This document shows, piece after piece, positions 25,396 to 37,100 of a stretch of 64,000 nucleotides of DNA; position 1 is the first letter of the stretch, and each line of letters begins with the position of its first letter. The DNA is from Chiloscyllium plagiosum. Its lineage: Eukaryota. The stretch covers positions 38,178,097 to 38,242,096 of the forward strand of contig NC_057719.1 of the NCBI RefSeq assembly GCF_004010195.1. Direction: 5' to 3'. Made by a program: the position numbers and the translations under genes. The notes beneath the pieces were generated by a model that was not told the DNA's origin, ran no database searches, and saw only the letters and a list, made by a program, of their open reading frames with translations.

Positions 25396-25662
25396 ATGGG
25401 TGGCACAGTGGTTAGCACTGCTGCCTCACAGCGCCAAAGGCCTGGGTTCAATTTCTGCCTCAGGCAACTCTGTGTGGAGTTTGCACATTCTCCCCGTGTC
25501 TGCGTGGGTTTCCTCCGGGTGCTCCAGTTTCCTCCCACAATCCAAAAATGTGCAGGTTAGGTGAATTGGCCATGCTAACTTGCTCGTAGTGTTAGGTGAA
25601 GGGGTAAACGTAGGGGAATGGGTCTGGGTGGGTTACACTTTGGCGGGTCAGTGTGGACTTGT
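25396..25662 (+). mobile_element. HE1/V-SINE-like SINE
   Basis: GGCACAGTGGTTAGCACTGCTGCC..GGGTTCAATT head, V-like core, CR1-like tail. Confidence 0.85.
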
Positions 25663-25684
25663 TCACCCCCCCCACCCCCCAAAT

Positions 25685-26371
25685 ATATAGAACATAGAAG
25701 AATACAGCGCAGTACAGGCCCTTTGGCCCTCGATGTTGCGCCGATCCAAGCCCACCTAACCTATACTAACCCACTATCCTCCATATACCTATCCAATGCC
25801 CGCTTAAATGCCCATAAAGAGGGAGAGTCCACCACTGCTACAGGCAGGGCATTCCATGAACTTACGACACGCTGAGTGAAGAACCTACCCCTAACTTCAG
25901 TCCTATATCTACCCCCCCCACCTTAATTTATAGCTATGCCCTCTTGTAATACCCGACTCCATACGCGGGAAAAGGTTCAACCCTATCTAACCCCCTAATC
26001 ATCTTGTACACCTCAATCAAGTCACCCCTAAACCTTCTTTTCTCTAATGAAAACAGCCCCAAGTGTCTCAGTCTTTCCTCATACGATCTTCCTTCCATAC
26101 CAGGCAACATCCTGGTAAACCTCCTCTGCACCCGTTCCAGTGCCTCCACATCCTTCCTATAGTATGGCGACCAAAACTGCACACAATATTCCAGATGCGG
26201 CCGCACCAGAGTCTTATACAACTGCATCATGACAGCTCCCTCACACGACCCTTTCCTCCCTGCCTGATGGGTACATACTTATCAAGAACACTCAATAGTT
26301 GCTCCTTGAACAAGCTCCACATATCAATTACGCCCTTGCCTTGAAGCTTACTTTTCCAAGCCACACATCCT
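25685..26371 (-). mobile_element. Young internally deleted CR1 copy
   Basis: ORF 25934-26230 ([30 protein letters not shown]) plus 3' tail, fused directly to a 137-nt upstream ORF2 segment. Confidence 0.85.
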
Positions 26372-27282
26372 TAACCACCATTCTACCCAACCACCACTCT
26401 GTGAAATGAACTGAAGTCTGAAATCTCCAATTAATCTTCGGTCATTCTCCTTAAAATTATATGCACATATGATAGTCATTTCTGCCATGGGAAAAACAAA
26501 TCACTCACTATTCACTCTATGTATACCTTTCATCATCTTGTTCACCTCTGACAAATTGCTTCTCACCCTTCTTCCCTCCAATGAGAAAAAAGACTTAGCT
26601 CCCTTTAGCTTTCTTCATAAGAAGTGTAATCTCGTCCATGCAGCATACTGGTAAATCTCCTCTGTACCCTCTCTAAGTCTTCCACATCCTTCCAGTAATG
26701 TGAGGAACAAAACTGAATGCAATATTCTTACTGTGGTCTACCAGGGCTCCATCGAGCTGCAGCAAAACCTCATGGTTCTTAACAGCAGTCTCTCAGCTAA
26801 TGACAGCCAACCTCTCACCTTGGATGGCAACTTTGAGTGATTTATGGACGTGGATTCCAAGATCTATCTGTTCCTACATACTACCAAAAATTCTGCCCTT
26901 AAACTTGTTTTCTGCTTCCAAATGAATCACGTCACACTTTCCCAGATTAATTTTCATCTGCCACTTATCAGCCCATTCTGCATCCTACCAATGTACTGTT
27001 GCAACCTGCAACAGCACTCCACACTATCCACCACTACGCTAGTATTTGAGTCATGAGCAAATTTACTAAACTACTCTTCCACATCCACATTCAAGTCATT
27101 AAAAAAAACACGAAGAGCAGAAGTCCCGGAACAGATCCCTATGGAACACCACTGGTCACCGAGCTCCAGGCTGAATGCTTTCCATCTACTATCACCCTCA
27201 GTCTTCTATTGGCAAGGCAATTCTGTATCCAGACAGCCATAGTTTCCTTTATCCCATGCCTCCTTAATTTCCGAATGATCCA
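26372..27282 (-). mobile_element. Older CR1 RT fragment
   Basis: Reverse complement contains gtgttccatagggatctgttccggga (GVPQGSV.GP-like) and a decayed RT C-terminus. Confidence 0.75.
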
Positions 27283-27356
27283 TCAACGTGCTTTGTCACA
27301 TCCTGAATAATTCCATAGGCAGACTTGGAGGGTTGTGTTGGTACATGGAGCATACA

Positions 27357-28500
27357 ACAAGGGTACCACATTTGCTATCCTCCAGTCTTCTGGGACTACT
27401 CCTGTAGACAAAGAGGACATAAAAATCAAGGCCAATGGTTCTGCAATCTCCTCCCTTGCTTCCCAGAGAATCCTAGGATAAATGCCATCAGGCTCAGGGG
27501 ACTTATCTATTTTCACCTTTTCCAGGATTTCCAACACCTTTTCTGTACATACCTCAAAGCCATCCATTCTACTTATTTGTGCCTCAGTATTCTCATCGAC
27601 AACAATGCCCTGTTCCTGAGTGAATACTGAAGAAAAGTATTCATTCAGTGTCTCCCCAATCTCTTCCGCCTCCACACGCAACTTCCCCCTACTATCCTTG
27701 ACTGGACCTATTCCTACCCTAGTCATTCTTTTATTCCTAACATACCTATAGAAAGCCTTAGTGTTTTCCCTAATCCTATCTACTAAGGACCTTTCATGTC
27801 CCCTCCTTGCTGCTTTTAGCTCTCTCTTCAGGTCCTTCCTGGCTACCCTATAACTCTCAATCGCTCCAATTGAACCTTCACGTCTCATCTTGAGATAGGC
27901 TGCCCTCTTCCATTTAACAAGGGATTCCAATTCCTTATTAAACCACGGCTCCCTCGCACGACCCTTTCCTCCCTGCCTGGCAGGTACATAATTATCAAGG
28001 ACACTCAATAGTTGCTCCTTGAACAAGCTCCACATATCAATTGTGCCCATGCCTTGAAGCCTACTTTTCCAAGCCACGCATCCTAGGTCGTGCCTCACCG
28101 CATCATAATTTCCCTTACCCCAGCTATAATTCTTGCCCTGTAGTACACACTTATCCCTCTCCATCACGAGTGTAAAAATCACCGAATTATGGTCACTATC
28201 CCCAGAGTGCTCACCTACCTCTAATTCTAACACCTGGCCTGGTTCGTTACCCAGAACCAAATCCAGTATGGCCTCACCTCTTGTTGGCCTGTCTACATAT
28301 TGTGTCAGGAAACTCTCCTGTACACATTGAACAAACACTGACCCATCTAACGAACTTGAGCTATAGCTCTCCCAATCAATATCAGGAAAGTTAAAGTCCC
28401 CCATAACAACCACCCTATTACTGTCACTCATCTCCTGAATCACCTTCCCTATCCTTTCTTCAATGATTCTAGGACTATTAGGAGGCCTGTAAAAGACTCC
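27357..28500 (-). mobile_element. Young CR1 ORF2 fragment (APE endonuclease C-half and linker), open reading frame
   Basis: 386-aa ORF with GDFNFPDIDW, LDLVL, SDH, PWF, KSPEPDGIYPRIL and VPEDWRIANVVPL motifs. Confidence 0.92.
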
Positions 28501-28789
28501 ACAATTACACGGTACACACTTAGCCTCTTAATTTTATTCTACATCTCTAATTGGGGGACTTTATTTGAAGACCATTGCTGTATTTCGTATTCCAAACAAA
28601 TACTGATCAGGAGAGTTAATGTGACAGCAAACGTCGACTGTTTTAAACTGATCTGTTTGTTGTCTCGCATCAAGTAAACCAAAAAATGACAAAATGGTTT
28701 TGAATTCTTGCCTGTTTCAGTTTCTTACCATTGGAGAGGAAGTTAAAGTGTGGAACTGTACCTTATTTCCTGATACAATATGTAAAAAA

Positions 28790-28945
28790 CTGGTACAATT
28801 GCAACATTGAAGAGGCATTTGGATGGGTATATGAATAGGAAGGGTTTGGAGGGATATGGGCCAGGTGCTGGCAGGTGGGACTAGATTGGGTTGGGATATC
28901 TGGTCGGCATGGACGATTCCATGCTGTACATCTCTATGACTCTTT
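28790..28945 (+). mobile_element. Short young CR1 3' end
   Basis: Near-identical to 45640-45812. Confidence 0.85.
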
Positions 28946-30254
28946 GTGAAGGTGAATTTCTAATTGAAATTGGATGAGCACGAGGAAAACAAACATGCAA
29001 GACGATAAGCATAAAGCAGAAGAATAGAACTGACTGAACTGCTCTACAGAGAACCAGTCTGAACTCATCGTAATGAATGGCTGCCTTTGTTATTATGACT
29101 AATAATTGGCATTCAGTATAATATGAGCATCGAATCTGTTGTAGATTCTAGAAGATCAAAAGGATGATGCACATATCCATCAAGTTTAATAATTAAGCCA
29201 TTCACAGGTCACAGACCTGAGGTATTAACTCCTTTCCAAAAATGCTTCCAGATCTTTTGAGTATTGGCAGCATTTTATGCTTTTATTTCAGAATGGCAAC
29301 ATATGTTTTGTGTTTCTTCAAAAACGGAGGCTTCTTGGTTAGACCCAAGTGGTGTTAGGTAATAATTTTAAAAAATGATGGGTATGGTTGTCTACAAGTT
29401 CAATAATAGAAAAGGCTTACACATAATTGGTTATAAAATATTGCAGTAAGCTGAAGAAATGTAATATTCACCTGAAATGTTTAAGTCGAAAATTAGCGAA
29501 AGTAAATGTGCATGTAGCTATATAATAACTACAGAAAACATGGTGTTTATCAGCAGGTGAAGCAGCATCTGTGGACTGAGAACAAGTTAACCACTTTCAA
29601 GTCAGTAAACTTTCATCAGAACTGGAAAATGTCACAGCTGTAATAGTTTTGAAGCAAATCTAGAAGCTGGGAGGGGGAAAAGTGTATTTTGTGACAGTGT
29701 AAGTGGTTACATTACAAAAACATGGTGCAAGTCAAATGTAATGAGATGGGTAAAGAAGGAAATGAGTCTAAAGGACCTGTCAATGTAAAATTACTACTAA
29801 ATCCTTCCAACAGAACAATGATTTATTTATGCTTTTTGTATTTGTTACACTCAATGCAGTATTTAATACATTCTAGGGAACAAGTGTAAACCAGATCATT
29901 TGCTTTGTTGAACACCTCCATTCAATCTGCAAATCAACCCTGAGTTTCCAGTTGCTTGTCATTTTTAATTCTTTGTTCCATTATGAATTTGTTTTCAGTC
30001 TCCTACACTATTCCAATGAAGCTCAATCTCTACGAATATTGCCTGAGTTTACAGTGAAACATTTTGATTTTCCAGACTCGGCATTAAGTTCAACAATTTT
30101 AGATCATGACCATGGCTCCCATGCTTTTCCTTTAGAGAACCCCCCACCCCCACCTTGCACTGTCATTCCTCCCGGGATTTAACCATTTATGGCTTCCACT
30201 ATAATAATGACCTTTTTGTTCTTCCTCACTCTTTATCTGCTTGTCTGCTTACGT

Positions 30255-30960
30255 AAAGCTCATAACAGCACAGTTACTTTACAGATACAACAAGCATTTA
30301 AGGCGACAAATGACATTGGCCTTTTTTGCAAAGATTTTGGAGTAAAAGTGTAAGGAGGTTTTCCATCAGTTGTGCAGGACATTGGGAGATAATGACAAAT
30401 CTGTGTATAGTTTTGGTCTCTATACATCAAGAAGGATATACTTGCATTGGAGGTAGTGCAGTGAAGGTTCATTAGATTGGTTTCTAGAATCAGAGGATTG
30501 ACCCATTTATAAGCTGAGTAAGTTTGGTTTATAAAAATGAGAGCTGACCTGAAAATTCTGAAGGGACTTGACATAGCCATTTTAGACAGGTAGTCTCATC
30601 ATCTCAGAACTAATGAGAAATTTCTTTACTTAGATTCACTGTGAATTTCCAGAATTCTTCACCCTAAAAGATTGTGAATGCTCCATCACTGAATATGTTT
30701 AAGGCTAAGACAGAATTTTGGTGTTAAGGACTCAAGAGCTATGAGAAATGGGCACAAATGTGGAGTTAAGGTTCAAATATGAAATTCCTCATCTCTGTCT
30801 GAAAATGGTCAGTCATTATCCTGTGTCCATGCCTATCTTGTAGATTTCTCAACCAAGGGAAACAACCTCTTAACATCTACCCTATCAAATTCCTTCAGAC
30901 TTGTATTGAATGCAGAGCAGGCTAAAGGTGCAACATGGTCTATTCCTGCTACATTATTTC
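30255..30960 (+). mobile_element. Old CR1 3' fragment with an inverted CR1 piece inside
   Basis: Decayed RT C-terminus (tgtgtatagttttggtctc..aaggatatacttgcattggagg). Confidence 0.65.
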
Positions 30961-31345
30961 CTACGTTTGTAAAACTGTTGAATTCTTACCTTTTGACTTA
31001 AGGTCATCAAACTGAAATTCTAATTCTGTTTCTCATGAACAGATATTGCCTGACTTCCTGAATATTTCCAGCATCTGTAATATTTTGCTTTGGAGCACTA
31101 ATTGCAGTGCGACATACATAACTATGGATGTCAGTTTGGGTAAGGCTGTGATTTCCCGGCCAAATGGTCAAAGCTTAAAATAAGTACACAATTCTGGAAA
31201 CTTGCAGCAGGCCTAACAATATCTGCAGAGGGAGAAACATTGTTAAACTGACAAAATCTCAGCCTTTCATGAAATCCTTAAGGTTTGTGTAATTATTTAT
31301 GGAATTCTGCACATGTAACAACTTTTTAAAAACAATATTTTTCAG

Positions 31346-31387
31346 ACTCCCTCTGTGCTTGATGTGAGATATCATTCTGCATCCTGA
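31346..31387 (+). CDS. rcor1: rcor1 terminal coding exon: TPSVLDVRYHSAS*
   Basis: tttttcag acceptor; peptide matches the RCOR1-type C-terminus (human ..VLDVRYASAS, from memory); TGA at 31385-31387. Confidence 0.92.
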   Translation, partial: TPSVLDVRYHSAS

Positions 31388-33039
31388 GAGTAATGCACAG
31401 TCAGTGATTTGAACATGCTATGCTGACTACTGTTTAGTCCAGGCCATCCGATGATGCCAAACTTCAACCAACCACCTCCACAAAACTCATCAGGACCAGC
31501 TAGCTTGACACCAAAAAAGCTACAATATTCGCAAATGAACGCTTCTGCCTTACCCTGTCTCTGCCACCAGGACAGCTTCTGCTACTCCTGGAAGTCATAG
31601 AAAATTATTTGATTTGACATCATTCTTTTAAAAACAAAATGAGAATTCACAAAAGTGCTTGTGAATGTCTGTTATCTCCATTTAAGCAGTTCATGACTAA
31701 TGTCTCCAGGGCATTAATAATGTGTATATTTTTGGAACTGTGACTGCCATTGGATGCATCTTTATTACTTTCCTCACAGGTTTTTATGATTAAATGTGAA
31801 TGCCAGGATGGTATAGCATACTAACTGGCATACAGGAAATGGATGTCTGAATTGTCTCTAAATTATTGGGTACTTAAACTGCAGTTTGGACTGTGTATTG
31901 TAGACTTTAAACATACCTCCCAGTCTGAGGAAACTTGAAGGTAAATTAGGGTCTTTTATTTGCATATTCATGAAAAGAAACATTGATCTGTTTTTATTTA
32001 ACTTGTTTTTTTTTGCTGTACAGTATTTTAGAATAGTACTTTCAATATCAAGAATGGAGAGACCTTATACTTGAATATTGCAGTTACTGGATTGAAACTG
32101 ATCATATTCAGGTACTGAACAGTGGCACAGCTAAATCGTCAAACTCGTTGCATTATCTGTTGTGCTAACCATAAGGAATTCTTGCTTATTTAGCATGGAA
32201 TGGGTTAAGCTCAACATGCTATACAGACCCGTTGGGTTTATTAAAGTCATTTGAGTCTATGCATGTTTCTATGTAAGAATGGGTGTTTACAATTTCTACA
32301 TCAATATTTACCTGAAATTCAAACCTTTTATTAGTCCTTCCTGGGAGTAATATCCCAGCATTTAGAATTTTCTAAATTAAGTTTGTTAAATTTGCTTTAT
32401 GGGTTGCTGCTGATATATGTAGTAATGTTTGCCAGAATTTCAAAAAAAAAGTAAGGATTTAGTTTGCAATCAATTGAGCATGTTTTTTATATAGCCTCTT
32501 GATGTGCTCAATAGGATAATGTTCTTTTTTAAAAAAGTCAGTGTGTTTATATTGCAGATTTATATTTTAATGCCTGTTACTGCTAATTTTAACTGAGGTA
32601 ATTATGTGATTATTTCTAAGGTTTTTGAGCATATATACCATGGGTTCCACAGTGAGAAATGGTAATATTACAATACTGCTTTGAATATTGCGCTGCATAC
32701 TTTAAATTTTTAAGAAACTTTATTATTTCATATTGTATCTTTTGCATCCATGAAGAGGAAGGGGTGCAAATTGAAGAGCAGCAAAGGAACAAAGAAAACT
32801 GGGAAAACTGTGTGTGCCCCTTGTATAAAATTATACTTCTAACTTCTCACTATGCACTCAAATTTTGCTACAGTGAAACAACATTAAATCCCTGTATTTT
32901 TCTAAGACTAAAACTGTAAAAATAGTAGTAAGATACTGACATAACTGTGCTTGTAAAGATTGGAACAGTAATATAACGATCATAACCATAATTGAGGTGC
33001 CAGTGTTGTACTGGGGTGTACACAGTTAAAAAAATCTCT

Positions 33040-33215
33040 CAACACCAGGTTATAGTCCAACTTGTTTATTTGGAAGCAGTAGCTTTCAGAGCTAGTGCTT
33101 CCAAATAAACCTGCGTCTTATGATCTTGTACTCCATAACCACCTGATAAAGGAGCAGGTAATGAAAGCTCGTGCTTCCAAATAAACCTGATGGACTATAA
33201 CCTGGTGTTGTGTGA
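33040..33215. mobile_element. Fold-back Penelope-type element in the presumed 3' UTR
   Basis: 49-nt inverted arms 33040-33088 / 33162-33210 (5 mismatches); decayed hammerhead cac-CTGATAA..GAAAGCTC-gtg; related copy at 59180-59270. Confidence 0.7.
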
Positions 33216-33773
33216 TCATAACCATAAATATCAAATAGCCAACTGATCATGTTTTTATTTGGGAGGGAAACAATTATGAAACATTTGATGTCAAGTGGTA
33301 CATTGGTCAAAATCCACATTTGAAATTGCTTAAAATAACTTTGTGGAGTAAAACAAAATTACAAAATCACATCAAGTACACACGTTAGGTACTTTGACAA
33401 TTGCTGTGCTACAAATCACATTAAACAAAACTGAATTCTACATTGCATGTCATGAAAATACCCATTACCAGGGCGCAGCACCTACTAATTTCACTAAAGT
33501 AAAAGCAATTGTTCAAAATACCATGAAAAAGTTCATTTCTTAATGTGGGCAAAATGTGTTAGAATGCTTTCTGTGCTGAGACGTTTGAGGAACAAATGGT
33601 CACCTCACAAGACAGCATTGTTTTTTGTTCTGTTATTTGTTTCACTTTTAAATTTGAAATCTAAGTGGCTGTTAATTCTAAGTAAGCTTAAAATGGTTGT
33701 TTTCTTCTTTCTAGATTATTTTCTTTCTGACTCGATAACCAACTAAAGTACATGAAAAGAATGATTACAAAGA

Positions 33774-33779
33774 AATAAA
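33774..33779 (+). terminator. Candidate polyadenylation signal
   Basis: AATAAA at the end of the repeat-poor block, shortly before CR1 debris resumes near 34200. Confidence 0.55.
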
Positions 33780-34194
33780 CCATTGTTTTAAACAAAGTGT
33801 CTCATAAGACCAGATTTGTTATATCTTTGTGTATAAATTGTTTTTAAAAAGTCTGAAAAGCTAACCTAAAGTGTTCATGCATGTTTGAAATGATGGAAAC
33901 ACCTGACTTTATTAGTAGGAATACTGTACCCAGGAGGCTTTCTATTAATTCAATTTCAACACTTGAAAGATTTCATTTTACTTCAATAGACGTTTAAATA
34001 ATCAAAGCACTTCTATGTGGCAAAAACTGTGGTCAAGAGTATCACCTCTAATGCTGCAAAATTGGAAACGTTGGGACTGAACCATATGGGATTTTGGAAC
34101 TTGAGGGATTTCAGAAGGGTGGTTTGTACTGTGGCCAGATACAAGCTAGGTTGAAAGTGTTGGTCTCCTAAAATATGGGAAGAGATGTTGCCGG

Positions 34195-37100
34195 CCCAAT
34201 CCTACATTCAGACCATCAAGTCTGCTCTTAATTTATTGAGATCATGGCTGATCTGATAGTCATAGAGTCATAGAGATGTACAGCATGGAAACAGACCCTT
34301 CGGTCCAACCCGTCCATGCCGACCAGATATCCCAACCCAATTTAGTCCAACCTGCCAGTACCCGGCCCATAACCCTCCAAACCCATCCAATTCATATATC
34401 CATCCAAATGCCTCTTAAATGGTGCAATTGTACCAGCCTCCACCACATCCTCTGGCAGTTTATTTCATACACGTACCACCCTCTGTGTGAAAAAGCTGTC
34501 CCTTAGGTCTCTTTAGTCCCCAAGTCCATTTTCCTACCTTTTTCACCCATACTGCTTGAGTCCTTGATTTTTAAAAAAAAATGTTTATCTCCACCTTGAA
34601 TACACTTTGACCCAGCCTTTACAGTTCTATATGGTAAAAGATTCTGCAGATTTTCTACCCTCAGAAATTTCTCATCTCTCTCTCGAATAGGTTGACCCCC
34701 TTATTCTAAGAAGAGGCCGTCCTCTGGTCCCAAACTATCAAGTCCCAAAAAAAGCTTGTAATGATTCAGTAAGATCATCTCTCATTCTTATAAATGCGTA
34801 TTAGTATAGGCTTAGTCTTTGTGACCTGTCGTTGTAAGACAGTCCCTCCACACCTGGGATCTATCTGAGGAACCTTCCTGGACTGCCTTCAATACCTGGA
34901 TAGCTCCCTTTAAGTAAGAAAGCCAACACTGTTCATCGTATTTACCTGTGGTGTGACTAATGCCAGGATCTTCCTATTTTTGTACCCCAATTTCTTTGAA
35001 ATGAAGGCTGACATTCTATTGACCTTTCCTTTTATCTGCTGAACTTGTATGCTAGCTTTTTGTGATTCATGCAGAAAGATTCCAAAATCACTGTGCTGCA
35101 GATTCCTGATATCTTTCTAAATTTAAATGTTCACCTCCTCACCAAGTCATTAATATATATCGTAAATAATTGTGGCCTCAGCACTGATTCTTGTCACTCC
35201 ACTACTTACAGCTTGCAGTCCTAAAAGCTCCCTCCTTATCCTAACTCCTCCTATTTGTTAGCCAGTCCCCTCTCCATGCTAATATACTCCCTACAACACG
35301 ACTCTTACCTTAATGTGTGGTACATGATCAAATGCCTTCTGAAAATCTAAATAAAGTACATCAAGTATTTTGCCTTTATCCAGCCTGCTTGTTACCTGAA
35401 AGATATATTCAAATTTTGAAGAGGTATAATTTCCCCTTCATGAAGCCATGCTGACTGGTTATGTTTTTCTAAGTGAGGATAATGTGTAGAAAGTACCAAG
35501 GAAATTAGTGGATTGGGAACAGGGCCTAAATAAAATTAACATAAGTAAAAATTTGGTAATGAGGAAATTAATGGAATGAAAAAGTAACAAATCCCTAGGA
35601 CCTGATGGTTTCAGTTCAAGAGTTTTAAAGGAAGTTGGAAAGAAATTGTACATGCCCTGATTACAGGGCATGTACAGATTACAGAACAACCTCAGTTATC
35701 TGAATGTCAATTATCCAAATTTCGGATTGTCCTCACAAAATACTCTCCGTCATCTCGGTCGGGTAATCAAGGTTGTTCTGTATAATCTTTGAGTTCCTAG
35801 CTACAGGAGTCATCCCTCTGAATTGGAAAATTGCATGTCACTTTCTCTTAAGGGCAAAAGAGGAAAACCTGGGAATTACAGATCAGTTGGCCAAAATTCT
35901 GTGGTGGGGAAATTGAAGTCTACAATCAAGGATGAGGTATTTGGGCACATTAAATTTTCAGTAAATCAGGGGCACCCAATATGGATTCATGACAGGTGAG
36001 TCATGCCTGAATTTTTGGAGAGGTGAATAAGGTAGTAGACAAGATAACGTCTTTGGATGTTGCTTATATGCATTTGAAGAAGATATTTGATGAAGTCCCA
36101 CAAGAGACTCAACTAAAATAGAAGCCCATGGAATTGAGGGCAAATTATCAAAATGACTACAAAATTGGAGGAGTGGCAGGCAACAAAGTAGGGCTAATGG
36201 GTAGGTACTCAAATTGGCAGGATGTGACCAATGGTGTCCTACAAGGATCTGTGTTGTTTTTGGTCATTATGACTTGGATAATGGCATAGAAAGTTGTTTA
36301 TCCAAATTTTCTGATGACACAAAAATAGAATTGTAAACAGTGTAGATATTCTTTTGTAATTCATACTAAATGTATGGGCAAAATGTTGGCAGGTGAAGTA
36401 CAGTCTAAGCAACCATGACATTATCCATTTTGGACAGAAGAGTTTTTTCCATTCACAGGGCATGGGCATTGCTGGCCAGGCCAGCATTTATTGCCCATTC
36501 CTAGTTGCCAATAGGGCAGTTGAGTCGCAACCCTTTGCTGTGGGTCTGGAGTCCCATGTCGACCAGACCAGACATGGATGACGGTTTCCTTCCCCAAAGG
36601 ATATTCGTAAACCTGATAGGTTTTTCCAAGATCAGTGTACTTTCTAGATGGTATGAAGTTAAATACAGTGGACGTCTTTGGGGTTCAGGTACACAAATCT
36701 TTTAAAATATCATGAACAAGTACAGAAAGTAACTTAAGCTAATGAATTACAAGGTTGCAGAAATTTTCTTGCAGTTATACGCAACACTGATTAGTTTCCA
36801 GTTGGAATACTGTGAACATATATGGGCATGACATCTTAGGAAGGATATATTGGCCTTGTAAATTTACAAGAATGATACCTTTACTTAAGGGGTTATGAGG
36901 AGAGTTTAGGCCTGTTCTCTCTAGAATTTAGACGGTTAAGGACTGATCTGACCAAAATCTTCAATATTCGATATTAACAGGCAAGGATGGGATAGATAAA
37001 CTATTTTCACTATATGGGGTTTCTAAAAGTAATTGCGGTAGTTGGAGAATTAATGGCAGACCATTCAGGAGAGATGTTAGGAAGCATTTCATGCACAGGG

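Larger units (their letters stand above)
31388..33800 (+). other. rcor1: Probable rcor1 3' UTR
   Basis: Follows the stop codon; ~2.4 kb AT-rich and nearly transposon-free compared with its flanks; AATAAA at 33774-33779 followed by GT/T-rich sequence. The end is inferred. Confidence 0.65.

Noticed and set aside
27283..28443. 386-aa ORF as a domesticated host gene
   Set aside because: It is an incomplete CR1 ORF2 piece with a chance C-terminus; openness is explained by young age and there is no sign of exon structure.
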